A stretch of 64,000 nt of DNA from Chiloscyllium plagiosum (taxonomy: Eukaryota), in assembly GCF_004010195.1 (NCBI RefSeq), contig NC_057728.1, positions 41,830,844 to 41,894,843 of the forward strand, read 5' to 3'. Positions within the stretch are counted from its first letter, which is position 1; the number at the start of each line of letters is the position of its first letter. Both the position numbers and the translations under genes were made by a program. Of the stretch, positions 1-10,568 are shown piece by piece. The notes beneath the pieces were generated by a model that was not told the origin of the DNA, searched no databases, and saw nothing but the letters and a program-made list of their open reading frames with translations.

Positions 1-451
1 GACTTGCGCTATAGGAAGAGGCTGAACAGGCTGGGGCTGTTTTCTCTGGATTGTCAGAGGCTGAGGGGTGAACCTATAGAGGTTTACAAAATTATGAGAG
101 GCATGGATAGGGTAAATAGACAAAGTCTTTTCTCTGTGGTCGGGTAAGTCCAGAACTAGAGGGCGTAGGTTTAGGGTGATAGGGGAAAGATATAAAAGAG
201 ACCTTTCGGGCAACAATTTCATGCAGAGGATGGTACGTGTATGGAATGAGCTGCCAGAGGAAGTGATGGAGGCTGGGACAATTGCCACATTTAAGAGGCA
301 TTTGGATGGGTATACGAATAGGAAGAGTTTGGCAGGATATGGGCCATGTGCTGGCCAGGTGGGACTAGATTGGGTTGGGATATCTGGTTGGCATGGATAG
401 TTTGGAACGAAGGGTCTGTTTCCATGCAGTACATCTCTATGACTCTATGAC
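1..451 (+). mobile_element. CR1-group LINE 3' end (5' part outside window)
   Basis: Frameshifted ORF2 C-terminus (RTRG..., RYKRDL..VWNELPEEV.EAGTIATFKRHLD) followed by 3' UTR ending in CTATGACT-type tail; same family as 4590-5175, 26095-26347 and 29625-30958. Confidence 0.9.
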
Positions 452-639
452 TGTATTGGTTTTTTTAAATCACATTTCAAATGCAGACCATCTATATACA
501 ACAACACCGGTGATTCACATTTTTATACATGACATGGAAGTTGATTCCTGTTTCAGAATGATCAAAATATTATAAGTTGACTTATATGCTGTGTTCTGCA
601 GTAATTAATCAATTCCTTCTTGAAAGCCTCCACATACTT

Positions 640-1030
640 ACCTGCAATGATTCCAAATCCTACCCACTTGCTGCATGATAAATGCTTTTCCACATGTTGT
701 TGCTGCTTCCTTTTTGCAATCACCTTAAATCAATGTCTTCTAGTTCTTGATCCTTCCACCAATAGGAACAATTTATCTCTATCTGCTCTGTATACTTCCT
801 TATGATTTTTGACATCTTTAACAAATCTGCTCAGTCTCCTCCAAGGAGAACAATTCCAGTGCCTCAAATCTGTCCATATGCTTGTAGCCACTTTTGTAAA
901 TCTTTTCTGTATCTCTTTTTTGAACTTACAAAGATACAAATCAGGAGCAGGAGGAAGCCATTCGACCCATCGAGCCTAGACAACCAATCAGTAATAGCTG
1001 ATCTGACTGTGGCCTCAACTCCACATTCTC
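640..1030 (-). mobile_element. Decayed CR1-group LINE 3' fragments
   Basis: ORF 730-939 contains DRDKLFLLVEGSRTRRH (ORF2 C-terminal motif); 930-1030 resembles a reversed 3' UTR. Confidence 0.6.
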
Positions 1031-1239
1031 ACCTAAAACTAAAAATGTTGTGACAGTCAACTAACTTTAGATAACAGAAGCTAGAATTTAAATATTACAG
1101 TTGTTCCTTTATTTGTTAATATAAATGACATAGTTGCTGTAATATTTCTGAGGAAAACAGATTTAGTAATATGGCTTTAGTTACATTGAAGGTCTCACAC
1201 AGGTTTATCTAACAACTTATGGTTACAGATAGCAATGCA

Positions 1240-3125
1240 TACTCCCTAACCCTAGCCTGCTCTGTATCCATGAGCAGGAATCCCAAAGGCTGTCAGGGTT
1301 AAGGACATCTCCTCTAGGTGGAAAATAACTTGAAGAGGGAGAGGAGAGTTCTAGTAGTTATCATCCATGTTGGTAACAATGGCATTGGCAGGACCTGAAA
1401 GAAGGTTTTGCTGAAAGATTTTGAACAGTTCGGAGTTAACATACAAAGCAGGATCTACAAGGTAATAAACTCTGGATTCTTACCTGAGCTATGAACAAAC
1501 TGGCATAGGGTAAATAATGTTCAGTAGTTAAGTGCGTGACTTAAAGGTTAGTATGGATGGAATGTGTTTCAGTCTGTGGGGCAGTGGCACCAGTACTGGG
1601 GTATGGGAGCTCTTCTGGTGGGATGGGCTTCACTTAACCCGTGCTGGGACCAGTGTCCTGATGAATTAAATAATAGATCTGAAGAGAGGGCTATAAACAA
1701 ATTCAAGAGTGAGTGGAGAGTTTGGGAAAGGAAATGTAGGTTAATAAAGCAAGAAATTATGGCAGCATTGGAGGGCAGATATTTGAATAACGACCCAGAG
1801 TGGGACAGGAAAGGTTAGAAAAGTATTAGTAAATACTTAAATAGAATCAAATTGGAAAAATAGTAACATAAAAAGGCAAACTTAATAGCTTTTTACTTGC
1901 ATGCACATTATATTCAGAACAAAATGAATGAATTAACAGCAGAAGTGCAGGATGGCTGGTCTAATCTCAGAGTCATTACGGAAACGTGATTACAAGATAA
2001 TCAAAGCTGAGAACTAAATATTCCACGTTATGTGACTTTTCAAAAGGACAGGAAAGGGTGATGGGTTTGCATTGTTGGTAGAGAATGGACTAAGTATGAT
2101 AGCAAGAAATTATCTTGGATCGCAAGAATCCTTATGTGTGGAGATAAGAAATAAAAATGGGGAAAAAAGAAAGCCCCTTAATAGTAAATATATGGTGGGA
2201 CAGATAATATATCAAGAGATAATGAGGGTGTTTAACAAAGACAGCACATTAATGATGCGTTAGATAAATCAAAATGGAGATTGAGATAGGTTGGCAGAGG
2301 TAGAATTTATAGATTGTATTTGCAACAGTTTCCTAGAACAATATGTTGTAGATCTAACATGAATCAGACTATTTTGGATATGGTAGTATGTAATGAGGTA
2401 GATTTAATAAATGATTCCAGAATAAAAGATCTTCTTGGAAACAGTGGTGAAATTTAGCATTTGGTTTGAGTGGTACAAACTTGAGTAAGTCAGAGGATTG
2501 AGAGAGTTTCAAAAAACAAAGGACAACCAAAACAAAGGAGGGAGAAGATAAACTTTAAAGGTAAACTTGTAAGCAATAACAAGATGGACAGCAAAAGCTT
2601 ATTTAAATTCATAAAGAAGAGAGAAGCCAAAGTGAACATAGGCCCCTCAGAGAATGAAGCTGGGAAATAATAATAGGGAACTAGGAAATGGCAGAGGAGT
2701 TGAATAAACACTTTGCAAAACAAAGGAGGGAGAAGATAAACTTTAAAGGTAAACTTGTAAGCAATAACAAGATGGACAGCAAAAGCTTATTTAAATTCAT
2801 AAAGAAGAGAGAACCAAAGTGAACATAGGCCCCTCAGAGAATGAAGCTGGGAAATAATAATAGGGAACCAGGAAATGGCAGAGGAGTTGAATAAACACTT
2901 TGCATAAATCTTCACAGTAAAGACACTAATAGCATTCCAAAATTAGTAAATAATCAAGGGACAAAAGGTGGAGAGGAAATAAATAAAATAACTATCATTA
3001 GTGAAAAAGTGCTAGGGAAAGTACTACTGGGGTTAAAGACCAATAAGTCCTCCGGACCTGCTGAGATGCATCCTAGGATATTAAAGGAAGTAGCTACGGA
3101 GGTAGTGGATGCTCTTAGTGTTATA
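1240..3125 (+). mobile_element. Decayed CR1 LINE: ORF1 SGNH-esterase remnant, AP endonuclease and start of RT
   Basis: Degenerate RVKDISS...IHVGNN.IG (esterase block, about 1290-1390); NKMNEL and ITET.LQ endonuclease motifs (about 1890-2000); KSSGPAEMHPRILKEVATEVVDAL (3009-3120). Confidence 0.8.
2529..2904. repeat. 188-bp tandem duplication inside the CR1
   Basis: 2529-2717 is repeated at 2717-2904 with one 1-bp indel and one substitution. Confidence 0.95.
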
Positions 3126-4440
3126 ATGTCTCTCCATTTAGATAATATACTTTTTATTCTTGATGCTAAAGTAGACTATTTCACATTTTCTCACATTATA
3201 CTCAATTTTTCAAATATTTGCTCACTCTTTTCATCTATCTGTACCCCAATGTAGCTTTCTCATTACCTATTCACAACTTATTTTCCTACCTACCTTTGTG
3301 TCATCAACAAATTTAGCAATCTATCTTTGATCCCTTAATCCAAGGCATTTATATAAATTGGAAAATAGTTGACACCCCTACATTGATTGCTGTAGAACAT
3401 TACTCATTACATGCTACCAACCAGAAAATTACCTATTCATGCTGACCTTTTTTACCTGTTAACTAGACATCTTCTACCCAGGCCAGTATGTTAACACCTC
3501 ACTATTACTTTTTATTTTCTACAAAACCCTTCAATACGACTTCTTAACAATTTCCTTCTAGAAATCGAAGCACAGTTCATCGACTGTCTCCCCTTTAACC
3601 ACAGTGCATGCTACTTGTTCAAAGAACTCCGATAAATTGGTTAAACGCAAATGCCATTCCACAAAACAAACATGCTGCCTCTCCCTGATTAACTGAAACA
3701 TTTTTATATGCCATGCCATTTCATTTGACATTTTCCTCATGACAGATGTTAAGCTAGCTGTAGATTTCTATCTTCTTTTCTTTTAAATGAAAGAGTTGCA
3801 GTTGCTAGTTTCCTATCTTTTTTATTTTGCAATATTCCCTGAATCAAGAGAATTTTGGAATACTAAAACCAATGCATCAAACTATCTCAGTAGCAACATT
3901 CTTTAAGACCATAGGATGAAATCTATTAGGATTCGAGCTGCTCCAACAATTTCCTCAGTGACATTCTTCGGTGGAGCATAAGCTGCTCCATCCTCTCCAT
4001 TTCCTAATTTTCCAGCATGCTACTTGTATTGTCTACAGAGAGGATTGAAACAAAATATTTATTGCATTCATCTATTCTTTCTTTACTTTCCTTTATTAAC
4101 TCCTCAGACTCATTTTCTATGAGACTATCGTTCATTCTGTGAATGGTTTATTTTCTAAATAACCACAGAAGTGCTTACCATCTTTTTTGTATATTTTAGC
4201 CAGTCTTCTCTTATACTTTAATTATTCACTTTTTATTAATCTTTGAGTCATGCTTTTTTAAAATCTCTCTTCTGACTTGCCACACATCTTTGTGCGATTA
4301 TATGCTTTTTCTTCAAGTCTGATACAATCTTTAACTTTTGAATTAACTGGGGATAGTAGCTCCTCCCCTTGGAATTTTTCTTTCTCATTTCTTTTGTGTA
4401 TTCTTAAATATTTGTCACTATAATCTTATTGATTTATCCC
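3125..4440 (-). mobile_element. Decayed CR1 LINE RT region
   Basis: LTNLSEFFEQV..VVKGETVD (3558-3740); HPMVLKNVATE-like motif near 3890-3930; KCEIVYF-like RT end near 3170-3210. Confidence 0.8.
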
Positions 4441-4444
4441 TTAA

Positions 4445-4585
4445 TCTAATTAGTTCTTGATTAGTAAGGGGATAAATGATTAAGGGCAGAAGGCAGTAAA
4501 ATGGAGTTGAAAAATGTCAGCTATGTTTGAATAGTGGAGCACACTTGATGGGCCGAATGGCCTAATTCCACTCATATATCATATC
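4445..4585 (+). mobile_element. CR1 3' terminal fragment
   Basis: FLISKGI-like ORF2 end and 3' UTR motif GATGGGCCGAATGGCCT. Confidence 0.65.
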
Positions 4586-4589
4586 ATAC

Positions 4590-5175
4590 AGTCATTAAGT
4601 CATAGAGAAACAGACCTTTTGGTTCAACCCATCCATGCCGACCAGATGTCCTAAATAAATCTTGTCCTATTTGTTAGCATTTAGCCCACATCCATTTAAA
4701 CCCTTCCTATTCATGTACCCATCCAAATGCCTTTTAAGTATTGTAATTGTATCAGCCTCCACCATTTCCTCTGGCAGCTCATTACATACACATATCACCC
4801 TCTGCATGAAAAAGTTGTCCTTTGATCCCTTTTAAATCTTTCCCCTCTCACCTTAAATTTATGCCCTCTAGTTTTGGACCCCCTCACCCTGAGGAAAAGA
4901 CCTTGTCTATTTATCCAATCCATGCCCCTCATCATTTTATAAACCTGTATAAGGTCAACCCTCAGTCTCTGATGCTCCAGGGAAAATTGCCCCAGCCTAT
5001 TCAACCTCTCCCTGTCGCTCAAAGCCTCCAACCCTAGCAATATCCTTGTAAATCTTTTCTGAACCCTTTTCAAGTTCCACAACGTCCTTCCTATAACAGG
5101 TGGACCAGAATTGCATGCAGTATTCCATAGTGGCCTAACCAATGTCCTGTACAGCTGCAACATGACCTCCCAATT
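4590..5175 (-). mobile_element. CR1-group LINE 3' fragment
   Basis: ORF 4795-5163 (LYRTLVRP..RVQKRFTRIL..RERLNRLG..TRGHKFKVRGERFK); tail of the same family as 1-451. Confidence 0.9.
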
Positions 5176-5349
5176 CTATGGTACAGTCTGGTGTGCCAGG
5201 GAGTGTTCGGTTCTGAGGGTAGAGGAGGTTTTTGGGTCCTGAGAGCCATGGTAAGTCCTGGGGGAGGGGGTTATGGTAATTGGGTCAGAGTCCGGGGAAT
5301 GTAAGGTGTCTGGTAAGGTGTATCTATGCTGGACTATGTTTGTTAACAG

Positions 5350-6570
5350 TCGATCTTTTCTTGAGTAACAATTTGCTTAGCAGCACCAGAGTCCTCTGAA
5401 TTGTCTAATTTTAATGGATAGCTTTGGAAAGTTCCATTTCACCATCTTTTCACAATTTCCTCTCCTTTCTAAATGTCACATTCTTTCAAAATTCAAACCC
5501 AATTTATCTCATGATAGAGAAAACAATAATGATCTGAATGACATTCACCTGGTGTGTCTTATTGTTGAAGATGAGTCTTTCTGGTGAACTGGTGCAGTTC
5601 GTGAATGTAGACTTGGTTTTGCCCAGTACCATAAGATAATCGGCAAGACAGAAATCCAGGAACTTTCCAAAACTCTGTCCATATGCTGCTTGAACAGATC
5701 CTGACTGACAGCTAGACTGAAAGGTAGTGTCTCGAAGCAATATCTTCATAATGTTGTTCTGTAAATAGTGATATCTTGAGATTTGTTTCCCATGTGAACT
5801 CACCAACTTTGCAGAAGAACTTCATTCCTATGAGTTTGGGATTGAACTCTTCTAAAGTAGGATTTTTTAATAGCTATCTCTTTACAGAAATAATTTGACA
5901 TCCTGGATGTACACATACTCTGACCGTGTCATCTTTCCTTTTTAAGCATGGAATAAAACTTCACTAGTTGTGCTGACATACACAACAGATCATACTGTTA
6001 TGTTTCATATGATCCAGCTCACCTTCTCTTATTTGTGACCGTTGCACTTTCTGGGAGGATCAATTGGTGGAATTGCACCTTCTTTGAAGTGCAATACTGC
6101 ACCACCTTTTCAAGTTTCCTGTGGTGTCATATCTGTCCAGGTACAATTGTTGCTCGTTCTAGACTGACTCAATACAAGTTTTCTTGGTCTCTTCTTCAGC
6201 GATTAGTATCTTGTTGACAATATTAACATCTGTACAAGACAGTAATCCTACTATTCCTGCTATATATATCCTTCTCATATCTACCAGATTGAATATTTGA
6301 TGCAGAATTGCCATAGTAGTGTTTCACTGTCAATGCACAAATGCAGGTGATGGGGTTCCATTATATGTGGTTAATTTTGCTGCTGTATGTTGTTGATTGA
6401 TTTTCAATGATCCAGGCACATATGCTTCAGGATTCTGACTGTTAGGATGTTTTCACTGGATACCCTGTCAACTCTGGTCTTGAGTGTGAGTTTGCCAATT
6501 ATTTTCAGGCAAATTCTGTTAATAGTGGCAGAAGCTTCTAATTGTGTTTTTTTTTAATCAAAGGTAGTTC
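5350..6570 (-). mobile_element. Decayed Ty3/Gypsy LTR retrotransposon pol (RT)
   Basis: Minus strand read across frameshifts gives EGAIPPIDPPRKC, KRKDDTVRVC, PTLEE.NP, RYCFETLPFSLAVSQDLFKQHMDRVLE and CLADYLMVLG (degenerate xADD catalytic motif). Possible gag remnant continues at about 7200-8100 beyond an inserted CR1. Confidence 0.8.
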
Positions 6571-6579
6571 TACTCTGAG

Positions 6580-7190
6580 ACCATAACATCATAAGAAATA
6601 GATAGGAGTAGACCATTTGGCTCCTTCAGCCTGTTCCACCATTCAATAGGATTGTGGCTTATCTTGCATCGCTCATGTCCATCTTCCACCATATTCTCTG
6701 TAACCCTTGATTCCTCTACTGATGATGAATCTATCTATCTATCTAGCCTTAAATATATACAAGAACTCTGCCCCATAGCTATCTGTGGCAAGGAGTTACA
6801 GAGACTCACAAACCTCTGAGAAGAAATTCTTCTTCACCTCAGTCTTAAGTTGGGGCCCCTTAATTCTGAAACCATGCCCTCTGGTCCTAGACTCTTCCAT
6901 GAGGCAAGACGTCCTCTCAGCATTTACCTTGTCAAGCCCCCTAAGAATCCTATATGTTTTAATGAGATCACCTCTTATTCTGTTTAATGAGTAGAGTCCC
7001 AATCTGTTTAACATTTGATCTATACCAAGAATCATCCTTGATATTGTTCTCTGAACTACCTCTAATGAAATTATATCCATCCTTAAATAAGGGAACCAAA
7101 ATTTCTCACAGTATTCCAGATGTGATCTAACAAGCACCTTTTACAGTTGCAGTCAGACTCGTAACTCTTATACTTCAAACCACTAGGGAA
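6580..7190 (-). mobile_element. CR1-group LINE 3' fragment inserted in the Gypsy remnant
   Basis: ORF 6796-7137 (LVRSHLEYC.KFWFPYLRMDI..LEVVQR..RTRGHGFRIKG). Confidence 0.88.
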
Positions 7191-8329
7191 AACAACTAAT
7201 GTATCCGCTATCAGTGTTGTTGAGTATTCCACATTTGTTGCCCATAATCATGGCATCTATTGACAAACTGATAAATTGATTCCTGCAGTCACTACCTGTA
7301 AGACATCAGCTCTAGATAGCGAATTCTAAATTTTAACTTTACACAAAATTGATCTTCCAGCACTTCCCATAGCTTAGCAGGATCTCCCTGGTCCTCCTGA
7401 GATAGGCCTGAGTTGCTGACTCTATGCAATCCCTCATTATCTTTATCTTTGTTACCTTTATAGCTACCTTTATTTCATTGCTTGCTTCTCTGGCTTTGCA
7501 ACAAGCATAGATTTGATTTAAGGAGTTTTATAAGTGGATAGGACATTTCTGGCCTTCTAATTCATGTTCAAGAATTTGACAGTCATCTTGCTGATATTTC
7601 CTGCCTTTGCAAATGCTATTGCTGCCCAAGGGATTATAATGGTCTTGCTTCTGGTAAGGGCCACTCTGTGTGAAGAGTCATCAGTTCGGTTGCTGTGTTT
7701 CTTAACTAAATTTTAATTTCTGCATTGCTGTTCAAAATTTCTTTGTGTCTCACACTGGTTTTGTCTTTTTGTGCAGTAGTCATTCTTGAGAGTTGTCTCA
7801 AAAGCCTTTTGATGTCTACCAATTCAAACCAACTCCTTAAATGTGAATAAAGTACCCACTATTTCTGTTTTTTTTTCTGGAGTGCCATCATAAATGTAAG
7901 GTCCACACTTCAAGTCTTGTCAAAAGCTTCCACCTGCGTTTTTCAAATTTGTTTTTCTATTTATGTCTTTAAAAAAAAAGTCCCCAGCATTGACTGCATG
8001 TTGCATATCTTGTGTTATTTGTAAGCAACACAGTTTGAATATCATTATTTCCATTTAAGTGAAATTATCATCTAGGTTTATTTAATAGTTCAGACTACAA
8101 CTTGCAAGATAACTGTGTATGGTTCCTAAATCTAGCATGTTTCTGTTGGACTGCACATAGCAGTTGAGACTATCATTTCACCATGGTTCTTATCTTATTA
8201 GCATATCCAGCTGTGAAAGCAACACAGCTCCTTTAGCAAGAACACAAAACTGAGCAGAGTCCTACCCATTACTAATGCTTGTCCCAGTTAAATACCCTCA
8301 ACTCAAATTCACCACAGGGGAGGGTATTC

Positions 8330-8612
8330 AATTTCACCTCTCTGAGTCAGAATCTTGTGGGTTCAGGTCAGAATCTTGTGGGTTCTGACCTCAGATCAGA
8401 GATCTGAGGTCAGAAATCTTGGCTGACAGTCAATACTGAGGGAACAATTCACTATCAGAAATTACATCTTCTGCATGACCTGCCATTCCAAGGTTTGTAT
8501 GTACTCCCAGGCTGACTGAAAGGATTGCATTAGAGGAAGAGCAGAAAGTTACTCATGCACTCTGGACAAAATTTATCCTTTGGCAAACCTCAGTTTAAAA
8601 AACAGATTGATG
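8330..8612 (+). mobile_element. Deu-domain SINE (SacSINE1/AmnSINE1-like), 5' part; its 3' tail resumes at about 11282-11340
   Basis: GGCTGACA..ATACTGAGGGA..GAAGAGCAG..TTTATCC resembles the DeuSINE core; ATGCTGTTTGTG..CAACAGTGACTA at 11282-11340 resembles its tail. Recognised from memory of the consensus, not by alignment. Confidence 0.65.
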
Positions 8613-8616
8613 GTCA

Positions 8617-9098
8617 GATTTGAATTCCATAAAAGAATGCTGAAATTAAAAGTTTTGTAAAACTATAAAAATGCATCTGGCTCATTATTGTCCTCTAGGA
8701 CCTTATGCACTCAGACCAGTGGCAATGTGGTTACGTTTAACTGCCCTCTGAAATGTCCATGCCATTCAGTTGTAATAATCACTGGAAAGTTCTCAAAAAT
8801 AGGAACGAAACTGAACGGACCACCTGGCACTAACATGGGCACTGGAAACAACAACAGAAAAGGCAGCCCTGTCACTGCAAAATCCTCTTCACTCACATCT
8901 GGGGACTAGTGCCAAAGTCTCACAGACTAGTCAAGCAACAATAGACATACTTGTGGGATCATACCTTACTGGCAATGTCATCGCCACCACTATTCCTGTC
9001 CTGTCCCATTACAGGATAAGTTCAGCAGAGGTATACAGTCAAGATAGATTTGCCCTGAGTGTCCTCAACATTAACTCCAGACACCATGAAGTCTCATA
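8617..9098 (+). mobile_element. 5' region of a CR1-group LINE (5' UTR plus start of AP endonuclease); 3' remnants at 9446-9558 and 11179-11281
   Basis: HIWGLVPK..HRLVKQQ..SYL endonuclease N-terminus; 8958-9097 matches the reverse complement of 63684-63840; 3' tail CACATCCCATGAATGA. Confidence 0.75.
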
Positions 9099-9099
9099 T

Positions 9100-9443
9100 T
9101 AAAAGAGAATTTCTACAGTGTGGAAGCAAGCCACTTGGTGCACTGACTGACTCTCCAAACAGCATCCCATCCAGAACCACCCTCCTACCCAATCCCTATA
9201 ACCCTGCATTTCCCATGGCTAATCCATCTAACCTATACATCACTAGACACAATAGGCAATTTAGCATGGTCAATCCACCTAACCTGAACATCTCTGGACT
9301 GTGGAAGGAAAGCAGAACACCAAGAGGAAACCCACGCAGGTACAGGGAGAACGTGCAAACTCCACACAGACAGTCACCCAAGGCTGGAATCGAGCCTAGG
9401 TCCCTGGCATTGTGAGGCAGCAATGCTGACCATTGAGCCACTG
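9100..9443 (-). mobile_element. tRNA-derived V-SINE (HE1-like)
   Basis: Head TGGCTCAATGG..GCATTGCTGCCTCAC, B box, V-domain TGTGTGGAGTTTGCACGTTCTCCC. Confidence 0.9.
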
Positions 9444-9596
9444 GACAAATATGGACAACTTTGCCTTTTTCTGTGGCTGGAAGGGGTCCTGGAATTCCTT
9501 CCCTAGTGGAATTGTGTGTCTACCTACAGCACATAGACTGTAACAGTCTGAAGAAAGCTTCTTGTGGTTCTGTTCGCCGAGTTGGAAGTTTTTGTT

Positions 9597-9636
9597 GCAA
9601 ACGTTTCGTCCCCTGGCTAGGTGACATCATCAGTGC
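9597..9636 (-). ncRNA. Minimal type I hammerhead ribozyme in Penelope pLTR
   Basis: GCA-CTGATGA-T-GTCACCT-AGCC-AGGGGAC-GAAA-CGTT-TGC: conserved core, stem II, palindromic stem III (ACGT), 3-bp stem I. Confidence 0.8.
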
Positions 9637-10004
9637 TTGGGAGCCTCCTGCGAAGCGCTTCTTTGATGTTTCCTCCGGTGTTTATAGTGGTCTGTCCCTG
9701 CCGCTTCCGGTTGTCAGTTTCAGCTGTCCGCTGTAGTAGTTGGTACATTGGGTCCAGGTCGATGTGTTTGTTGATGGAGTTTGTGGATGAATGCCATGCC
9801 TCTAGGAATTCCCTGGCTGTTCTCTGTCTGGCTTGCCCTATGATAGTAGTGTTGTCCCAGTCGAATTCATGTTGCTTGTTGTCTGCATGTGTGGCTACCA
9901 AGGATAGCTGGTCGTGTCGTTTCGTGGCGAGTTGATGTTCATGTATGCAGATTGTTAGCTGTCTTCCTGTTTGTCCTATATAGTGTTTAGTGCAGTTCTC
10001 ACCA

Positions 10005-10320
10005 GCCTGACCCTGAGATCTCCAACATAGTTGTGAGCAGCTTTTGGTTGTGCAAAAACATTTTATCATCTGTTTCTTCTGCCTATTTCCTTTTCACTGA
10101 GCCACGAGAAAACGTTTTCTCTAACATTACTGCTGCCCTGACCTAGAACTCCTAACAGAACAACTTTTGACCCCACCATGCTTGTAAACTACTGTTTCAT
10201 TTCCAAACTCCTTTTCCTCTCGAGCTCTTGAATGTGTTGTCATGTCCCAAATGCATGTAAATCTCTCCTGAGACTCCACATTTTAATGCCTCCAATCAGA
10301 TTTGCAACTCCTCCACTTAG
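10005..10320 (+). mobile_element. L2-like LINE RT fragment
   Basis: Degenerate TFDPTMLVNYC.ISKLLFLS..LE.VV..Q...LQS motif of L2 RT. Confidence 0.55.
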
Positions 10321-10321
10321 G

Positions 10322-10568
10322 AGATTAGATTCCCTACAGTGTGAAGACAGGCCCTTTGGGTAACATGTCCGCACCAACCCTCTGAAGAGTAATCCACCCA
10401 GACTCATTTCCCTACATTTACTCCTGCCTAATAACACCTAACACTATGGGAAATTTAACATGGCCAATTCACCTGACCTGCACATTTTTGGATTGTGGGA
10501 AGAAACCCAAGCAGACACGGGGAGAATGTGCAAACTACACACAGGCAGTCGTCCAAGGCTGGAATCGA
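10322..10568 (-). mobile_element. V-SINE (HE1-like), 5'-truncated at the B box
   Basis: V-domain plus TCTAATCTAAT-type tail. Confidence 0.85.
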
